64,000 bases of DNA from Octopus vulgaris (GCA_951406725.2 OX597823.1:66526001-66590000), one strand, 5' to 3'; shown: positions 29,800-44,853, numbered from the stretch's first letter. Notes: a model not told the origin generated them from the letters alone. Made by a program: numbers and translations.

Positions 29800-30500
29800 T
29801 GAAAAAGAATTTGCATAGAATATCTGGTGTATCCATAGGTATAATCTTTTGTAATTCGCTTCTTTTGGGATTATATCATATCATTCCAAGTGCCCCAATA
29901 CTAATCGATAATGTTGTTAGTTTTGGATGCCACATTCTTCCGATTTCAATCTCAAGGCCCTTATATTTGTTCAGTATTTCAAACGTCTTCAGAGATGTCT
30001 TTTTATTGGCTGTAGCTGCAACATCTATCAGAAGATAAGTTTTTCAATATAATTTTTTACTATGAGATTAGGCCCTATCTTTTCAGATCAATCTGAACGC
30101 AGAAATTCTAAAGGATGGTTACCTCGGAATTCTGAGCAACTGTGGTCGCTTGTGTTCCCAACAATTGTTATTGTGAGGAGGTTTGTATGTGCAGTATATT
30201 AACTAGTGCATATACTGAGCTTCTCTGTTGTGCCTTTACAAGTATTCTGTTGGTGCCAGTCTGCTGCATCCAAAGATTATGTGGTCGACAGTCTCTGGAT
30301 GCTCTCTGCATATGCAGTGTGATGAGCTGTTTTCCTTTTCCAGGACATTACTCTGATAAAGCCTAGTTGGAAGGGGCTAGTCCTGGGCAGCAATGCTATA
30401 TTCCACAGATTCTGATTTGAAACCAGAGCATTACTGCCTTGATCTACACCATGATTCCTTATTCTAGTCGGATTTTTCCATGTAGTGGCCTTTACTCCTA
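29800..30500 (-). mobile_element. Highly degenerate R4/Dong-like RLE fragment
   Basis: Reverse-strand remnants KYKGLEIEIGRMWH...SIGALGMI, with upstream IAAQD-like sequence. Confidence 0.65.
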
Positions 30501-32099
30501 TCTTTCCTTAATTTAATGCAATGCAGTAGTTTCTTCCGAATGCATATGCTCTGATTTCAAATTCGCCGGACTTAGGTTAATTTTCAAACTTCCAGCGCCT
30601 TTGAAATCACATACTGGTCAAACATTGAGATCAATGGTATCAACTAAAATGTATCACTATGAATTGTTGGGCTTGTGTCTAAAGGAAATAGTTTATCATT
30701 ATTATTACTCAGAACTACCGCCACCAATGCGAATTCCTGCGAAGGAATACGTTTCCTCTAGGTTCCTGCAGAGAACAAATATACAGTTTTAAAAATGCTG
30801 AACAACTTCTGAAGATATGTAACTGATAAATACCCATATGATTAATGGAAACAATTGCCAGACACATTAGAGCTAACAAATGAGTGTCAACGAAGGACCG
30901 ACACACTGAAGTGTACACTCCCAAGTGGAATTTGCTTGTCAGAAATATGTTCAAATATAGATTTCATCTCAAATATCTGATAGTTTGGCATTGTCGAAGT
31001 GCAATTCCCGAATGAAGACCTCGCAGTACGGCATTCCGTTATCCCCTCTCGGAGTGAGAAAACTGTTCTCATTCTCATTTGGATGGGATTTAGGGTGTGC
31101 TGTCAGAAATGATCAGCTTGTGTATTGTAATGTGTGTCGTTTTGGAAGGATGCGTGCGACACACCTCTGAAAGTTAAAAATAAATAGACTAATAAATTCG
31201 TCCCGAGTAGGTTTGTCGGTTCAGTTACAGGTGAAAGCAGAACAACAGAGAAAATCCAGTTTTAATTGATCAGATTAATGAAATAACAATCTACGTTGCG
31301 GAGACGACGAGCATCTGAAAGCGAAGGTATCACCTCATCTTTCAAAAGAATAACGTAAGTAGACCTTATTTTCACGCATTCATTAACTGTGGCCATACAG
31401 AGAATAGGCATTATAGATGCAGGTGATGTGGGTTCACCTGAGAAGAAAAGCTACCTGTTGAATGTCCTCATGCCACTACAGATATATATAGATGTAGTGC
31501 TTGATATAGTGTTTGGACGACCTGTTAATTTCGTGCGGATTGAACGGCAAGTAGTTGGATGTGCTTAGCAAAATTTCAACCTCATAAATTTTAGATTTTA
31601 TAGAAATGGCAGCCTGTCACTCTCTTTTCATGTTGACAAATAACAATTGAATGAGCTTAGCAAAAATCTATTAATAATTTTTGGAAGTGGTTGGTTTAAA
31701 AGTACGTTGCCAACATCAACATAAGTTATTTATCCTTTAGATACTACCCTTTATATTTTAGTACATATAAACGTTGCCCTTATAGAAATAAACAAAACAA
31801 TATATTAACGAGTCTTTACATAATAGACGGTCGTCATCAGCGAAGCACTGTCTTTCTATGTACGAAAGACGTATCTCTTCTCTTGTTCTTTCCATTGTTA
31901 GCCAAGTGTTATGCAAATGTATACTACAATGCTACAAGAACCATCAATACTATCTCGACCCTGTTCTTAGACCTGGAAAATAAACTTCAATGTGCCTGGA
32001 AAATAAACTTCAATTTTATTTTATTTTTATGTAATTTTAGAGTCATTATTTTAAACAATCGATCGACTATTTGTTTGATAATGTCAATATTATATAAAT

Positions 32100-32642
32100 A
32101 TAAACGTGTATATATATGTATATATATATATATGTATATGTGTATTATGTATATATTCATGTATATATATATGTATATGTATATGTATGTGTGTGTGTAT
32201 ATGTATATATGTGTATATATATGAGTGTACGCGAGTATGTCGATGTATATGTAGGTATGTAGAGTTATGTGTATGTGCATGTATGTGAGTGTAGATACAA
32301 ATTGTAGATGTGTATATATATGTGTGTGTATATATACATGTATATAGGTATATGTATGTGTGTGTATATATATATATGTGTGTATATATATATATATGTA
32401 TATGCGAGTATGTAGAGATATAAGTATGTGCATGTGTATGTATGTGTGTATATATATGTATAGGTATGTGTATGTGTATGTATGTATATATATATGTGTG
32501 TGTGTATGTATGCATATGTGTATGTATGTTTGTATGTATATGTGTATGTATATATGTGTGTAAGTGTGTGTATATATGTATATGTAAGTGTGTGTGCGTG
32601 TATGAGTATGTATGTATGTTTGCACACATGTATATGTGTGTG

Positions 32643-32679
<37 letters not shown>

Positions 32680-32680
32680 G

Positions 32681-32719
<39 letters not shown>

Positions 32720-32940
32720 GTGTGTATGTGTATGTATGTATGTATATATATGCGTGTGTATGTGTATGTGTATATGTACATATACGTGTACGCTCGTGTG
32801 TTTATGTATATGTAGGTACGTAGAGTTATCTATGTGTGTATGTATTTGTACATGTGTGTAAGTATGTATATATATATATATATATATGTGTATGTGTGTG
32901 TGTGTATATATGTATATATATGTATATGTATATATATGTG

Positions 32941-32973
<33 letters not shown>

Positions 32974-33383
32974 ACATGTGTGTAAGTTTATATGTATGTA
33001 TCCGTCTATATAATAGGTAACTGCACGTACATATACTTAATATTTATTATTTATTTTTTGAGTATGCGTGTATGAATAACTGCGCGTATATATATTTTAC
33101 TATTTACTTATTTTTTGAGTATGCATGTAAGTATGAAGATAAGGAGGCGCGTGTGTGTGTGTATGTGTAAGCATAGATATATGTATACTTTTACGCATGT
33201 GTGTACTTATGTGTATATATGGATGCGCGTGTGTGTGTGTGTGTGTATGGGTACGCATGTACATGTGTATGTGCGTGTATGTGTATATGAGTATGTATGT
33301 ATGTGTGTGCGTATATCTGTATATGTATGTATGTATGTGTATGTGTGTGTATGTATATGTATATATATATATGTATATATATG

Positions 33384-33430
<47 letters not shown>

Positions 33431-34135
33431 ATATGTATGTATGTATATGTATATGCGTATGTGTATGTATTTGTATGTGTATGCATGCGCGTATATATAT
33501 ATGTTTGTATATGTATACGTGTGGGTGTGTGTATGTGTATAAATGTATGGATGTATGGATGTATGTATGTATATATACGTATATATGTGTATGTGTGTAT
33601 ATGTATGTATGTGTATGTGTGTATGCATGTATATATGTGTGTATATATGTATATATATATATATGTATATATATATATGTATATATGTGTGAATATATGT
33701 ATATATATGTATATATATACATGTATGTATTTGTATGTAGGTGTATATGTATGTGTGTGTATTTATATTTATTGGTGTATATGTATAGACTAGCCTTCTA
33801 AGAGTGTAGACATGAATCTGTAGGTACGCGTACGTATGTGTATATACGTGAATGTATGTAGATGTATGTATGTATGAATATAACGCGTGGGAGCGTGTAT
33901 GTGTATGAGTGCACGAATGAGTGAGTGTACGTGCTAAAGAGTGTGCGTGAGTGAATGAGTGCTTGTTTTCCAGTAGACAGATAAATGGACTGGCTGTCAT
34001 GGCCAAGATGTTTGTGACCAGCGGTCAAAGATAACAAAAGTAATAAATGAAGATAATAAAATTAAAATTAGGGAATGGGTCTGTATTTGTATGTGTATAT
34101 ATATGTGTGTATGTGTAGGTATGCATAGGTACACA

Positions 34136-34178
<43 letters not shown>

Positions 34179-34530
34179 ATGTATGTGTGTGTATATATGT
34201 GTGTATGTGTATATATGTGTATATAGGGACTAGTGTGCTGTGTGTGCATGTGTGTGTGTGGATATGTGTGTGTATGCGTGTATGTGAGTATGTGTGTGTA
34301 TGTGTATATATATTTTTCTGTGTGTATATGTATGTGTGGTCGTGTGTGTATATATACATGTGTGTATACGTGTATGCATGTGAGTGTGTGTATGTATACA
34401 TATATGTGTATGTGTAGATATGTATATGTATGTGTAAGTGTATATATATGTATATATGTGTGTGTGTATGTATGTGTGTATGTATATGTATATATGTTTG
34501 TATGTGTGTGGATATATGTATACATATGTG
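32100..34530. repeat. Large degenerate (TA/TG)n low-complexity block
   Basis: Directly visible; the source of many spurious ORFs. Confidence 0.95.
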
Positions 34531-34534
34531 CATA

Positions 34535-34920
34535 GGTATAAGTGAGAATCTCCTTATTTACCTAAAACTCTATTCCCCTTTTTTTTTATATATATTTTTA
34601 TATTTTATTATATTTTTTTATTTTTTTTTATTTATTCTTCTATCTAATTTAACACTGACTCCTTGACCACTCCCCCAAGTATGATATTTTGCACTATGCA
34701 CTATGCCTACCCCCAAAAAGTCCCCCACCAACACCCCTTTAAACCTGCCTAAATGTATAAATGCCAATACAATTCTTGTTAACTAGCTTCCTGAAGATTT
34801 CTCTTGAATGAAACAGTTCTAGTCCTGTAGAAGCTCCTTCTATATAATAAATTAATTTTACTCTGCTATGTATTGAGTACCTTATTTACTGTGGTTAACC
34901 CCGAATCAACCCGGGACCTA
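34535..34920 (+). mobile_element. Probable Penelope-like element terminal fragment carrying a hammerhead ribozyme motif
   Basis: Unique sequence between TA/TG tracts containing a type I hammerhead fold at 34785-34835. Confidence 0.5.
34785..34835 (+). ncRNA. Type I hammerhead ribozyme-like motif
   Basis: AGCTTC-CTGAAGA-TTTC(TCTT)GAAT-GAAA-CAG(TTCTAGTC)CTG-TA-GAAGCT: stem I AGCTTC/GAAGCT, core boxes CUGANGA and GAAA, GUA cleavage triplet. The first stem II pair is U-U. Confidence 0.6.
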
Positions 34921-34946
34921 CATATATATATATATATATATATATA

Positions 34947-35031
<85 letters not shown>

Positions 35032-35086
35032 TGTATGTATGTATGTATGTATGTATGTATGTATGCATGTATGTATGCATATATAT

Positions 35087-35881
35087 AGGTTCTTTAAGCT
35101 AAATTTTTTCAATTTTTCAGAAACAACTTGATACATCGGGGAACAGTCAACCGTGTTGGAGAGCATGAAAATTAAATTTGTAATTGAGAAAAATTTAGAC
35201 AACATGGATCGAGTGAATATTGCAAAATAGTTACTTGTATGATGATGATTCGCCCCTTGTATCAAATTCTGGCAACGGGCTCAATCCTCTGTGATTCTTG
35301 TAAAGGATGTAAGTCGTGACATGAACAGCTGCAACGGAGACTACGAAACCGTGGCCAACAGAAAGCGACACGATAAGTGTTTTGACTGCGTCCGCACGCC
35401 GATTTTCCGGCTCAATTCAGACGATTATGTCAAACTGCTGGACACGGTTGCTACGGGAAGGGTATATATGTAGCAGCAAGTTTCGGATGTATGCAACAGA
35501 TTCAGAAATAGACAGAGGTGGATGTCGAAGAATTTCCACGACTACACTAGCCCTAGTATCGTAATTATCTGATTGTAATCACATGGATGACTACGAGTAA
35601 TGGCTGGAGTACAATCACACTTCCAGGAAAACTAATGGCGTGCTGATGGCCAAGATCAAGGAAGAGTCTGATGATCTTATCAGATACAGAATGAGAAACA
35701 CATGCGCCACGTCATGGAGACGCCTTGAGGCCATGGTTGAAGCTAAGGACGGCTAATTTTAGTAAACTGTCATCTCCCAGTCATACTCTAGTTGATATTT
35801 TTGATTCTATTTAGAATCCTTTTTATTTTCGGATATTGAATTTTCCTATTATTCAAACTGTCAAATTTATCCCGAATACCC
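35087..35881 (+). mobile_element. Decayed Tc1/mariner transposon with C-terminal transposase remnant
   Basis: RLNSDDYVKLLDTV..., DCNHMDDY (SPD-N-MDY-like), LMAKIKEE...CATSWRRLEAMVEAKDG; weak terminal inverted similarity. Confidence 0.6.
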
Positions 35882-35943
35882 TCACGCACACACACACATA
35901 CATACACATGTACACATTCGCACGCGTGCACATGCTGATAGAC

Positions 35944-36009
<66 letters not shown>

Positions 36010-36118
36010 GCACACACAAACACACACACATTTATATATATACACGCACACGGACACGCAGACACGCACACAAACATATAAGTATAAAACTATATGTGTA
36101 TCTGTGTGCGCGCAGGTG

Positions 36119-36167
<49 letters not shown>

Positions 36168-36173
<6 letters not shown>

Positions 36174-36536
36174 CCATATGATAAGAACCTTGCTTCTCAA
36201 CCACACGGTTCCGGATTCCGTCCCATTACGTGGTACCTTGAGCAAGTGTCTTCTACTATAGCCTCAGGGTGACAAAAGCCTTGTGAGTAGGTTTGGCAGA
36301 TGGAAACTGAAAGAAGCCCGTCTTACATACATATATATATATATATATAAGTGTTTGTGTGTCTTTGTGCCTATGTTTGTCCCGCCACCATCATTTGACA
36401 ACCGATGTTGATGTGTTTACATCCCCGTATGTAAACGGTTCGGCTTACAAAGAATAAGACCTGGGTTCCATATTTTCGACTGAAAACCCTTTAATGGGAG
36501 CAGTCAAATGACTGAAGCAAGTAAAAGAATAAAAGA
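36168..36536 (+). mobile_element. SINE family B
   Basis: Homology to 54197-54562. Confidence 0.8.
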
Positions 36537-37020
36537 ATATACACGCACACATGCAAAAGTATACATATATGTTCTACTCAGAATACACGAGGTTTGAACT
36601 CTCAAGCTCTTAAAAGAGTCAATGTAGTGTCGAACTACACAGTATTTTCCACAGGAATAGAAAGACAAGCAGACAAACACGAAACCATAAAAGAAATAGA
36701 AGAATGAGGTCCAGTAGCGAATGGGTAGCATATTATTCGATGCAAGAGAATAAAACGGAAGCTGACTTCAGTATTATACAAACACAGATCATAGAGAAGC
36801 AGGACAGACATCAAAAGGATAGTGAGCCGATATTCTAATTATTCATCGAGTTGACAGATAGTAAAAAGGGTATATGTGTGCGTATGTGTGTGTGCGTGTG
36901 TATGTGCGTGTGTGTGTGTATGTGTGTGTGTGCATGTGTGTGTGTATGAATTGTTATGTGCATATAAACACACACATATATATGTATACATATATATAGG
37001 GAGAGAGGAGGAGGGAGATT

Positions 37021-37127
<107 letters not shown>

Positions 37128-38093
37128 GTATGAATTATTTTCTCAAAATCGGTACATGTAACGATATCAAATTTGACATCCGAAAATACCAAGAATCTAT
37201 TGATGTATAAATATTATAATGTTCCTCTTAATATGTGCTGAATACATGTTTCCGCTTCCTCTATTCGTCACTAATTTGTTTCTTATTCGATTGAGCATAT
37301 CTGAAATTGCCTGATTTAATACATTTAATTACGATTGTATTTTTAGCAAGTTATAACTATTAATATATAATATAGCTACGGAAACATCAAGATTATAATA
37401 GAGGTCTGACGTCACCAAAAGACGACATTTTGCAAGAGAATGGGAGGGAGTGAAGCAATATTTGATTATACTGATTATAGCAAATTGGTTGGACATTTTT
37501 GATGGGATCAATTTGCAGTTACAAGAAATGCATTAAGTAGCTGCCAAAGTTTCCTTCAAAGAGTACCCTGCTCCCTTGAAATAAGGCTTACAGCATTCAA
37601 TTTAACTTAATCCTGGTTGCACTATGTCTTTAATAACAACTGGATGATCAAAATTTAAATGTCCTTTTTGTTGGTTAGAATGATAAGGATTCACCGGAAG
37701 CGAAACACTGGACTATGAGCCAATCTGGGAGGTGTTCACCATAGATTAAAAACCAAAGTATGGATAATTTATGACTGACGCAGTGGCTCCTCAATATCAT
37801 AGTTCGTCCTGTTAAAAATTTACTCAAATCTCCATACAATCCCGCATTAACTTTTCCAGTAGTTAACGAACGAATTAAACGTGTAGTTCTACATATATAT
37901 ATAAACAGGGTATTCATGGCTGGAATGCTTTCCATTTCGATGTCTTCGACCTGGATTAATGTGAGGATAAAGACAAACAACAACAACAATATTGGAAGGA
38001 TGGAGAATAATATTGACTATAACTGGATTTGAATTCAGAATGACGTATTCCATCAGTTGTTTGAATTTTGCAATCTATTGCACTTTGTAAATA

Positions 38094-38234
38094 TAAGGTT
38101 GTCCCAAAAGTTCGTAGAAAGTCTTGGAAAATAATGGTCTTTATTTTGAGGAATAATTTTTGTTGTTTTTGTTAGTACTTGGCGAGTAAAAATTCAATTT
38201 TCGCAAGTGTTTACGAACTTTTGGGACAACCTAA
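38094..38234. mobile_element. Tc1/mariner-type MITE
   Basis: TIRs (t)aaggttgtcccaaaagttcgta / tacgaacttttgggacaacct(aa), flanked by TA. Confidence 0.85.
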
Positions 38235-40146
38235 TATATCAATTTCCAACAAAGGTACAATCCCATGCATTTTGTAGGACTATATAATCGATTAAGCATG
38301 TACTAAACATATGACTGGAATATATTTTATCGATATTTGTATATAATGTATGGAAGCGAATTCAGAAAGTTATGAATTAAGGAAAATAAAAATTGCATCG
38401 TAAAATAATGATTTATGGAATAGATATAAAGCCTCAAATTTGGCCGAAGGTATCTGTCAATTATATACACATGGGCATGTCACCGGTACTTTATTTCATT
38501 GATAGTAGAAGGATGAAAGATAAACTGGCCCTCAGTGGTACTTCAACGGTGTATTTAAGAACTGCAACTAGATGTCGCAAAAGTTTGTCCAGCTGCCCTC
38601 GATTCTGCCAAATGATCATTCTGGAAGTCACTAAACACTGATTTCTAATATAGAAGCAATTTCCCAAAGATGATAACAGTCAACAATTGCTTATATCGAG
38701 CCGCATTACTCGGCGGGTAATTTATTTAGCCGAGCTCGAATAGGTGAATAACAAAATTAACCTCAGCAGCAGTTGAACTCAGAACGGAAAAAAGAACAGA
38801 TGCTGCAAGAACTGCTGCAAGAACTGCCGCAAGACATTTAATCTAACGCTGTAATGGTTATGCATATCCAGCGCCCTCGGGAAGGGACCAAACATTGGAA
38901 GATATTTCATCATTCCCTTCACCGATTCTGCCAATCTACCAGATGTTTCATCGGAATAATTATTACGGCAAACGGTATATTTGTTGAGCGGTAGAGAGAA
39001 ATTAAGCATTTGTGCATGTACGAGTGAAAGAGGGAGAGAGAGAGAGGGTGGGAAGGATTAAGAGGTAATGAAAGAGAAGTGTTTGTACGTGCGTGGAAGA
39101 GAATATTAATGTTACGATTGTATTAATGGTAGTTGTTGTATTGCTGATTGTGGCCGTGAAGTGAATGGCAGTTTTAACCGTCGTAATAGAAGTAAAAGCA
39201 ATATTTGCGTTGGTTTAAGAGGTTCTGACTGATAGCAAGTAATGCAAGAAGAACAAAAACAGCAACAACTCTAAAACCTCTAGCATCAAAGAGAATAACC
39301 CGGATGGAGATATCAGCAACAACCTCATTTGCAATGCGGTCACTACATTAGCTGCATCAACGACAGCAATGCCAACAACAACAACAACAACGATGTTGTT
39401 GAAGCATTTAATTAAACATAATATTATCAACGACAAAATTAGCAGCAGCAGTAGAAGTAGTAAGGACGGCAATAATAACTTGAACATTAACAGCACCCTC
39501 AGTATTAACAATGACGAACTAAAGTAATGATAGTATAGCAATAACGTGGCTATGAGAAACAACCGCAAATAACACGAGTGAACATAGATTACATTATCCG
39601 TCGGTCTGTTAAATTAAGCAGTAAAATTTCCCCAAAATCACACACTATTGCCATGAAAAAGAAAAAGAACATTTTGATCAATTTTGTCATAGATAGCCAA
39701 AAGAAGTCGGTATTGTAAAATCTTGTATGCTTTTAATCATAATTCTAATGGGTCACGGCTCACCTAAGTCTAACCAAGAACAAGCAAAAGAAAAAAAGAA
39801 CCTATGACTAGCAGATCAACCGGCTTGAAAAAGCGACCACGCTTTAATCAAATCAGGCCACACTGTCTAAAACGCTGGATAACGCAAAACAATCAATGGC
39901 CAGCAAACAGTTCACTACTGCACAACAGAGAGTTACAAAGTGAATTTTGATGTACCATAGTTTTAAAAATTATAAGTGTATGTATATTCTATAATAATGA
40001 TTGTGTGTTTTGAAAAGTCTCTTTTTTTTTTGCTCATGTGTGATTCTCAAAACTGAGTATGCAATATTTCACATATATGTAAATATTTCTTTTCAAACTT
40101 TTAAATTTTGAAGCAGTTCTTTTGTTTTATTATTTATTTATTTTTA

Positions 40147-40370
<224 letters not shown>

Positions 40371-41411
40371 TTTTAAGTTTCCACAGACATTGGCTACTAA
40401 TGCACTAAAAGTTGTACACAGAGAGAGCTAAAACAGAGGGATAATCATGGCTGAGATGGTTTTTATCTTTCATTAACTCGATCAGAATGACACTGACAAC
40501 AACCCAAGGCAAGCAGTCTGTTGTTCATAACTAACATCGTATCAGCACATCTTGAACAGAGAGCGCACACAGACACCCAACCTCCCACATATCATAACAC
40601 ACACACACACTAACACAAACATATGCGTGCGCACACAATCTAATACACACATACCCAAATAGACAAAGACGGACTGTCTGCACAATGAATTTAATACATT
40701 TAAAATGAAAGAACACTACATGCGAAGGACAGTTTGTTCCTTGCAAAAAAAAATTGAACTCCTCATATTTCGGGCCAACTCCTGTACAATTGATTTCAAA
40801 TAGAAATCAAAACGAACGGGATTTTGAAGCACTACGTAGTCACACTTATTTTATTATGCTTTACGCTATGAGAACATAAATCTTTGACGATCCAATATCA
40901 TTTTGAGAGGTCTTTAGCAGCTTTTTTGCGTTACCCTATGTAACAACTATTTTTCTCACTTCACTCTAATCTGTTCTATAAGTTTCTTTGCTTGTGCAGG
41001 CTTTCGTTTTTCAGTTAGTCTTCTTAATGGTACATTTGGTATCCAGTCCCATCTCACTCTGGTGTGGGTGGCCTAGCCACCTCCGTTTCCGGCAAGTTAT
41101 TTTAAGGATTAAATAAAATCAACAGTTGTTGTTGTTGAACTATCAAAATTCCTTGAACCATCCATTTTTTTCCGAATAGTCCATAAGCATATACCACAAA
41201 TTAACAATACCAAAAAACGCAATTGCTGCAAAATATTATTGAAATGCACACCATCAATGATAAATCTATCTTGTTCGACTTTGACATTACAGCCACTGCC
41301 AGTACACACAAACACAGTCAAGCAGTCTGGACATAGTCTGCCACAATCTAAGATTAATTACTTCATATATGAGTGGACTATGTGGTCATAAAGTAGATGG
41401 TAGTGAAAATA

Positions 41412-41685
41412 CGCGTGTTAGTGGTTAGGGTATTCGGCTCACGATCGAAAAGTCAGGGGTTCGCTTCCTGGAGGCGCGTTGTGTCCTTAAGCATGGCGCT
41501 TTATTTCATATTGCTACAGTCCACTCAGCTGGCAAAAGTGAGTCGTACATGTAATTCAAACGGGCGAACTTGTCATATTCTCCCTGGGAACTACAACAGC
41601 CGCTTCCACATTAATTTCACGAGCAGGCTTTTCCGTCGATCGGATCAACTGGAACCCTCGTCGTCGTAACCGATGGAGTGCCAGG
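41412..41685 (+). mobile_element. Third tRNA-derived SINE (family C)
   Basis: tRNA-like head (TAGTGGTTAGGG...GGTTCGCTTCC) followed by CORE-like TGTGTCCTTAAGCA...CAGTCCACTCAGCTG. Confidence 0.6.
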
Positions 41686-42403
41686 TAACAGGGGTGTTAT
41701 AGAATATTCTTAAGGCCACTCACTGTGAGAGGGAGAGGCATGCGGTGTACATTACATCAGGGCATCGGAATTATCAGAAAACTTTGCACGTATTACCAAT
41801 CGAATAGTGTAGTGAAACTCTCAAACATATTGTAGCTTCCAATAAACTTCTTCTTAGAGACCCAATCTGAAGTAACAGCTACTTGGGTAGATGTTTAATA
41901 ATGAATTATAACAGTAACACTGTTATCAATATCATACATTAGACTCTCTACATAGTTATTCACAATGCTAAAAAGAGCAGTTAAATCTTAGTGCAATCAC
42001 ATTTAACAATATTTTTAAAATAAAAGGACACATCGGACAATGAACACCAAAACGTAAAAACTACAAAATAATGGAGAGATCAAAGCCAGAACGCCTTTGA
42101 TCATAGGTTTGTTTAATGAAAGTTGACCTCAGGTCAAAAAAACATCAACAACCACCACCACCACCACCACCACTACAACTACAAAAACAACAATGATGAC
42201 AGGATTTCCAGCGCAAACAAATGAGAGTAATATGAAAACATGTTAAATAGAAATAACAAGAACCACACAGAGAGCAACAATTGAAGCGTCTAAGACAACA
42301 ATAAAAAGAATAGAGAACATTATCTAAAAGAATAATAGAAGTGATGCACATGTACACATATACATACGTATGCACAAATATATACACATAAGTACGTGTG
42401 TGT

Positions 42404-42439
<36 letters not shown>

Positions 42440-42582
42440 AGAACTAACAGCAATACTGGCATCAACAACAACCAGCCAGGAATCTACTAGCTGCTGAGCT
42501 ACTAGTCATAACAGCCATATTAACCAAGTATTCAAACTACACTCTACTTCTGCTGCCGTAGTTACTGCTGCTACAACTACTA

Positions 42583-42655
<73 letters not shown>

Positions 42656-42699
42656 TACTACGACTACTACTACGACTACTACTACGACTATTACTACCG

Positions 42700-42732
<33 letters not shown>

Positions 42733-42767
42733 TTTGTTGTTGTTATTATTATTGATATTATCATTAT

Positions 42768-43282
42768 TGAGTAAGAGAGCAGTGCATGCCATCAAATTGA
42801 CACTGGGGTAAAATATACGAAGCCCAGTATACTCATCATGACTACCCGTCTGATAAGGGTACACTAAGCGCATGCATCACAACCGTATGTGCGCGACATG
42901 GTGATCTCATATCAAGATAAACAGTGCATGACCTTGCAGGTGGGGCCCAGTTAGAATTTTCTTCTGGTCGAGTAACCCATCTCGCTCAAAAGGTCCCTGA
43001 ATAAGGGTTGTTTAAGGATGTTGAACAAACCACCCATGTTTCCTGGGATGAATTATCCAAACCTCCAAGAATTCCTTTCAACACACGGCTATGATGCTCC
43101 CCCACTACTTCTGCTCGCGGTCAGAGATGCACATACTGTCAACCACTAAGGGACAGGCTCAACTGGTTAAAGTTAAACAACTGACAAGCAAATCTGTGGT
43201 ACTTAGCAGAATGTTTGCTGTAGCCCATCTTTTATACCAAGACAAAACAATGGATATGATAAGACTTCCAATCAGATAAGAT
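42768..43282 (-). mobile_element. Dispersed repeat family D
   Basis: Homologous to 28958-29515; adjacent to (ATT)n. Confidence 0.8.
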
Positions 43283-44162
43283 ACAAATTAAAACCTATAC
43301 TTTCTAACAAAGCTGAACTTCGTTTAAGAAGCACAGAAATGTGTATTTTTGTATCTTTTCCTTGATAGGCATTTATACAAAAATATTTTCCTTTCTCTTT
43401 CTCCTAAAATGTAATACGGTATTTTAAGCATAATTTTTTTCTCTTGTTTATCTTATTACATTGTTTCCCCATCTTTTTAAAATCCTCATGCTCATTGTTT
43501 AGTGATATGATATCGGACACGTTTGTGACATCGGCAAAAGAACTATTTTTTTGTTGTGATTTTCCTGCTGCAGCTGTTATTAGTATCACCATAGTTGCTA
43601 CAATTACTATTTCATATTGGTTTTCGTGTGGTGTGTGCCAATTAATAGTTTGCTACTACTGACGATTTTAAAAGCGTCTTTGCTTAGCAAGTAACTTTTC
43701 ATTTTGCTTCTATTCTTGTTGCTGCTATTGTTGTTGTTGGTGTTATTGTTGATGTTGTTGTTGTTGATGTTGATATAATTGTTAGTAGCTGTTGTTGACA
43801 CTATTTTTGCTGCTATCGATTCCATTGGTGCTATTTTTAATTATTGGCACATCAGCAGTATTATGTAGAAGAAAATGACTGCGAAAGGCGTTTCACTTTC
43901 TAAACCTCTCATTTCCCTTTCCTGTTCACGAGTCGTCAAAGCTGGCATCACTTTGATCTTTTTCTCTGAAGATGTTGACCCTTTGGGCGACTGACACAAA
44001 CGGAGGATTCTGATCAGCTGAGAAACGTGGTAGGGTAATTAAATCAAGAAAAACGGAATTCTCAAACAACCAGCACAACCTCACGAAGCTTCGAAAACAT
44101 GTTTAGTTTCGGCAATAACCAACAATAACAACTGAAGCAGCAGCAGCAGCAATAATAATAAT

Positions 44163-44390
44163 AATCCTTTCCACTATAGGCACAAGGTCTGAAATTTGGA
44201 GGGGGGCAGAGATAATTCGTTTGTATTGACCCCAGTGCGTAACTGGTACTTAAGTTTATCGACCCCCCCCCCCCCGAAAGGATAAAAGGCAAAGTTGACC
44301 TCAACGGAATTTTAAGTCATAAAGAAGCGACGGGTGAAATACCACTCGGCACTTTGCTTGGTGTGCTAACGATTCTGCCAGCCCGCCACT
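44163..44390 (-). mobile_element. SINE family A, tail type 2, ending in (ATT)n
   Basis: Same head and body; tail CAGACCTTGTGCCTATAGTGGAAAGG|ATTATTATT. Confidence 0.85.
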
Positions 44391-44424
44391 AAATGTTATC
44401 ATGCGCATGTTTTCTCTTGATATA

Positions 44425-44853
44425 AAAGATGTGCTATAGCAAATATTCTGCTCAATCCTGGAGATGTGCTTGTCAATTGCTTGACCTTAACCAATTGAGC
44501 ACGTTACTTTACTTAGTGGCTCATGATATGCGCATCTTTGATCATGAGCAGTAGTGGGAAAGAATCATAGCTATGTGTTGAGAGGAATTTTTTGGCGTTT
44601 AAATAATTCCACTCTGGTAACATGAGTGTTTCGTTCAACATCCTTAAACAGGCTACTCACCCTGAAGAAAATTCTGGGCCACTCTTGCTAAGTTATGCGC
44701 TGTTAATTTTTATATGAGATCACCATGTCGTGCACATATGGTTGTGATGCATGTGCCTGGGGTACTCTCATTAGACGGCTAGTCATGATGGGTATACTGG
44801 ACTTCGTATATTTTACTCCAGTATCGATCTGATGGCGTGCACTGTCACTCAGT
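44425..44853 (+). mobile_element. Dispersed repeat family D (older copy)
   Basis: Reverse-complement homology; followed by (GAT)n-like repeats. Confidence 0.72.

Noticed and set aside
30880-31180. Exon-like segment with a minus-strand acceptor near 31170
   Set aside because: Stops in all three frames shortly after the acceptor, and no recognisable homology.
31987-34666. Many YI/HT/CV-rich ORFs
   Set aside because: Translations of TA/TG dinucleotide repeats.
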